From assembly GCA_963840855.1 (NCBI GenBank), contig CAWJBB010000087.1:64001-128000 (forward strand): DNA of 64,000 nt, written 5' to 3'. The notes under the pieces are model-generated. The model made no database searches. It worked only from the letters and a program-made list of their open reading frames with translations, and had not been told where the DNA came from. The translations under genes and the position numbers were made by a program. How positions within the stretch are numbered: the stretch's first letter is position 1; each line of letters begins with the position of its first letter. This stretch comes from an uncultured delta proteobacterium. GTDB taxonomy: Bacteria > Desulfobacterota > Binatia > UBA9968. Below are positions 62,780 through 64,000 of this stretch, piece by piece.

Positions 62780-64000
62780 GTGGCGGACCTCGCAGGCGAA
62801 TGGCGATCTGGCGACGTTCTTTCGTGCACATGCTCCGTATCAGCAGGCGCAGAGTATGGATGGTGATATTCCCGGTCATTTCGTCATCAAGGAATCACCG
62901 GCATACACAGATGAATTGCTGAAGGCTGCAGGAGGACCCGGGTGTCGTCATGGTCGCTACGGAACATTGGGTGAAGTATTTCCCTATCGCTACACGACTA
63001 TTGGCCCCTGAACACCGCGATTGTAGTCAACGACCTCAAAGGGAACCATCCGCAATTCGTACTGATCCATAATTTCCTGATACACGTCCTTGCCAACTCC
63101 AGAGCAGATTAAGGCGACGCGCTCCGGCAATCAACAAGAAACGTCCAAACATGAACTTTAGCGCTGTCGACCGTCCCGTGCCGACAGCCAGATTCAAGGA
63201 TGCAATCGCCGACATGCTCTCCGCCTACGACGAATTGATAGAGACCAACCGGCGGCGGATGGAGTTGCTGGAGGAGCGGCGCGGTTGCTTTACCGGGAGT
63301 GGTTCGTCCGCCTCCGCTTCCCCGGCCACGAACACGCCCGCATCACCAACGGCACGCCGGCGGGCTGGAGAAAAAATCACTCCGGCGCAACTGTGCGATT
63401 CTATTGATTACGGCTATACGGCCAGCGCCCAGAGAAGAAAGAAGTCGGCACCCAGAGTTTCTCCGCATTACCGATATCGTTCCGCAAGTCTATCATTGGT
63501 CTTCTGTCCCTTACTGTGAAATTCCTGACAACAAGCGGGAAAAGGTCCCTGGTTTACGAGAAGGTGAACATTGTCATCGCCAGAACTGGTGCAACGGTAG
63601 GTTATGCTAAACGGCTTCATTAAGCGTCATCCCGGAAGCTGTTTTCGCGTCTCTATTCTTTTTGGTTCGGGTTACGCCTCAAGCTCAGAAGTTTGACGAC
63701 CTCATGGTTGGGATTTTTCGTTGAATCAAGAAGACTACAAGAAATCACGTCCAGTCCAACGCACACGGGGCGGGGCAGCGTCAGCCGAAATGCAAACGCG
63801 AAGAGTGCTCTCAGGGGCTTCAAATTGTTTTTGTGTTCCACCCATCCAGCATTCAAAAGCTCTTTCGGGCTAATCTGTCGAACCAATCTTTGACCCAGCG
63901 CGAGTCTGCTGCAAATCCAAAACCAAAAGCTGCAAAGCCGCCCGCGACCTGCTGCTGCCGCAACTAATCAAGTCTCACTTCGGTGACGAATCCGAGCGCT
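62776..64000 (+). CDS. hsdS: Type I R-M specificity subunit S (frameshifted; ends near window edge)
   Basis: ATGA overlap with hsdM; IADMLSAYDELIETNRRRMELLEE, REWFVRLRFPGHE, final ARDLLLP. Confidence 0.8.

Noticed and set aside
1-64000. tRNA, rRNA, transposase or integrase genes
   Set aside because: None recognisable by eye; tRNAscan-SE and Infernal would be needed to exclude small RNAs

Overview
This is GC-rich bacterial DNA with frequent single-base frameshifts, typical of an unpolished long-read assembly. Gene content and intergenic repeats resemble Binatia-like soil bacteria (inference). About 1-48 kb is an uptake and catabolism region: 13 solute-binding-fold genes, ABC permeases and ATPases (one segment duplicated), 4 Rieske oxygenase alpha subunits, 3 MmgE/PrpD, 2 CapA-like proteins, amidohydrolases, SDRs, and LLM, LigB-like, cupin and VOC genes, punctuated by REP-like and short-period inverted repeats. 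About 48-64 kb is a more AT-rich accessory/defence island with two VapBC-type TA pairs, gene fragments and type I R-M hsdM-hsdS. Inside it, bracketed by ~200-bp direct repeats, is the best candidate for an undescribed system. Three tandem paralogous ParB/Srx-fold genes, a small PD-(D/E)xK nuclease-like gene and a minimal SNF2 ATPase converge on a translationally coupled pair: a putative B12-binding radical SAM enzyme and a GHKL (Hsp90/MORC-like) ATPase. All calls come from reading motifs by eye; no database searches were run.
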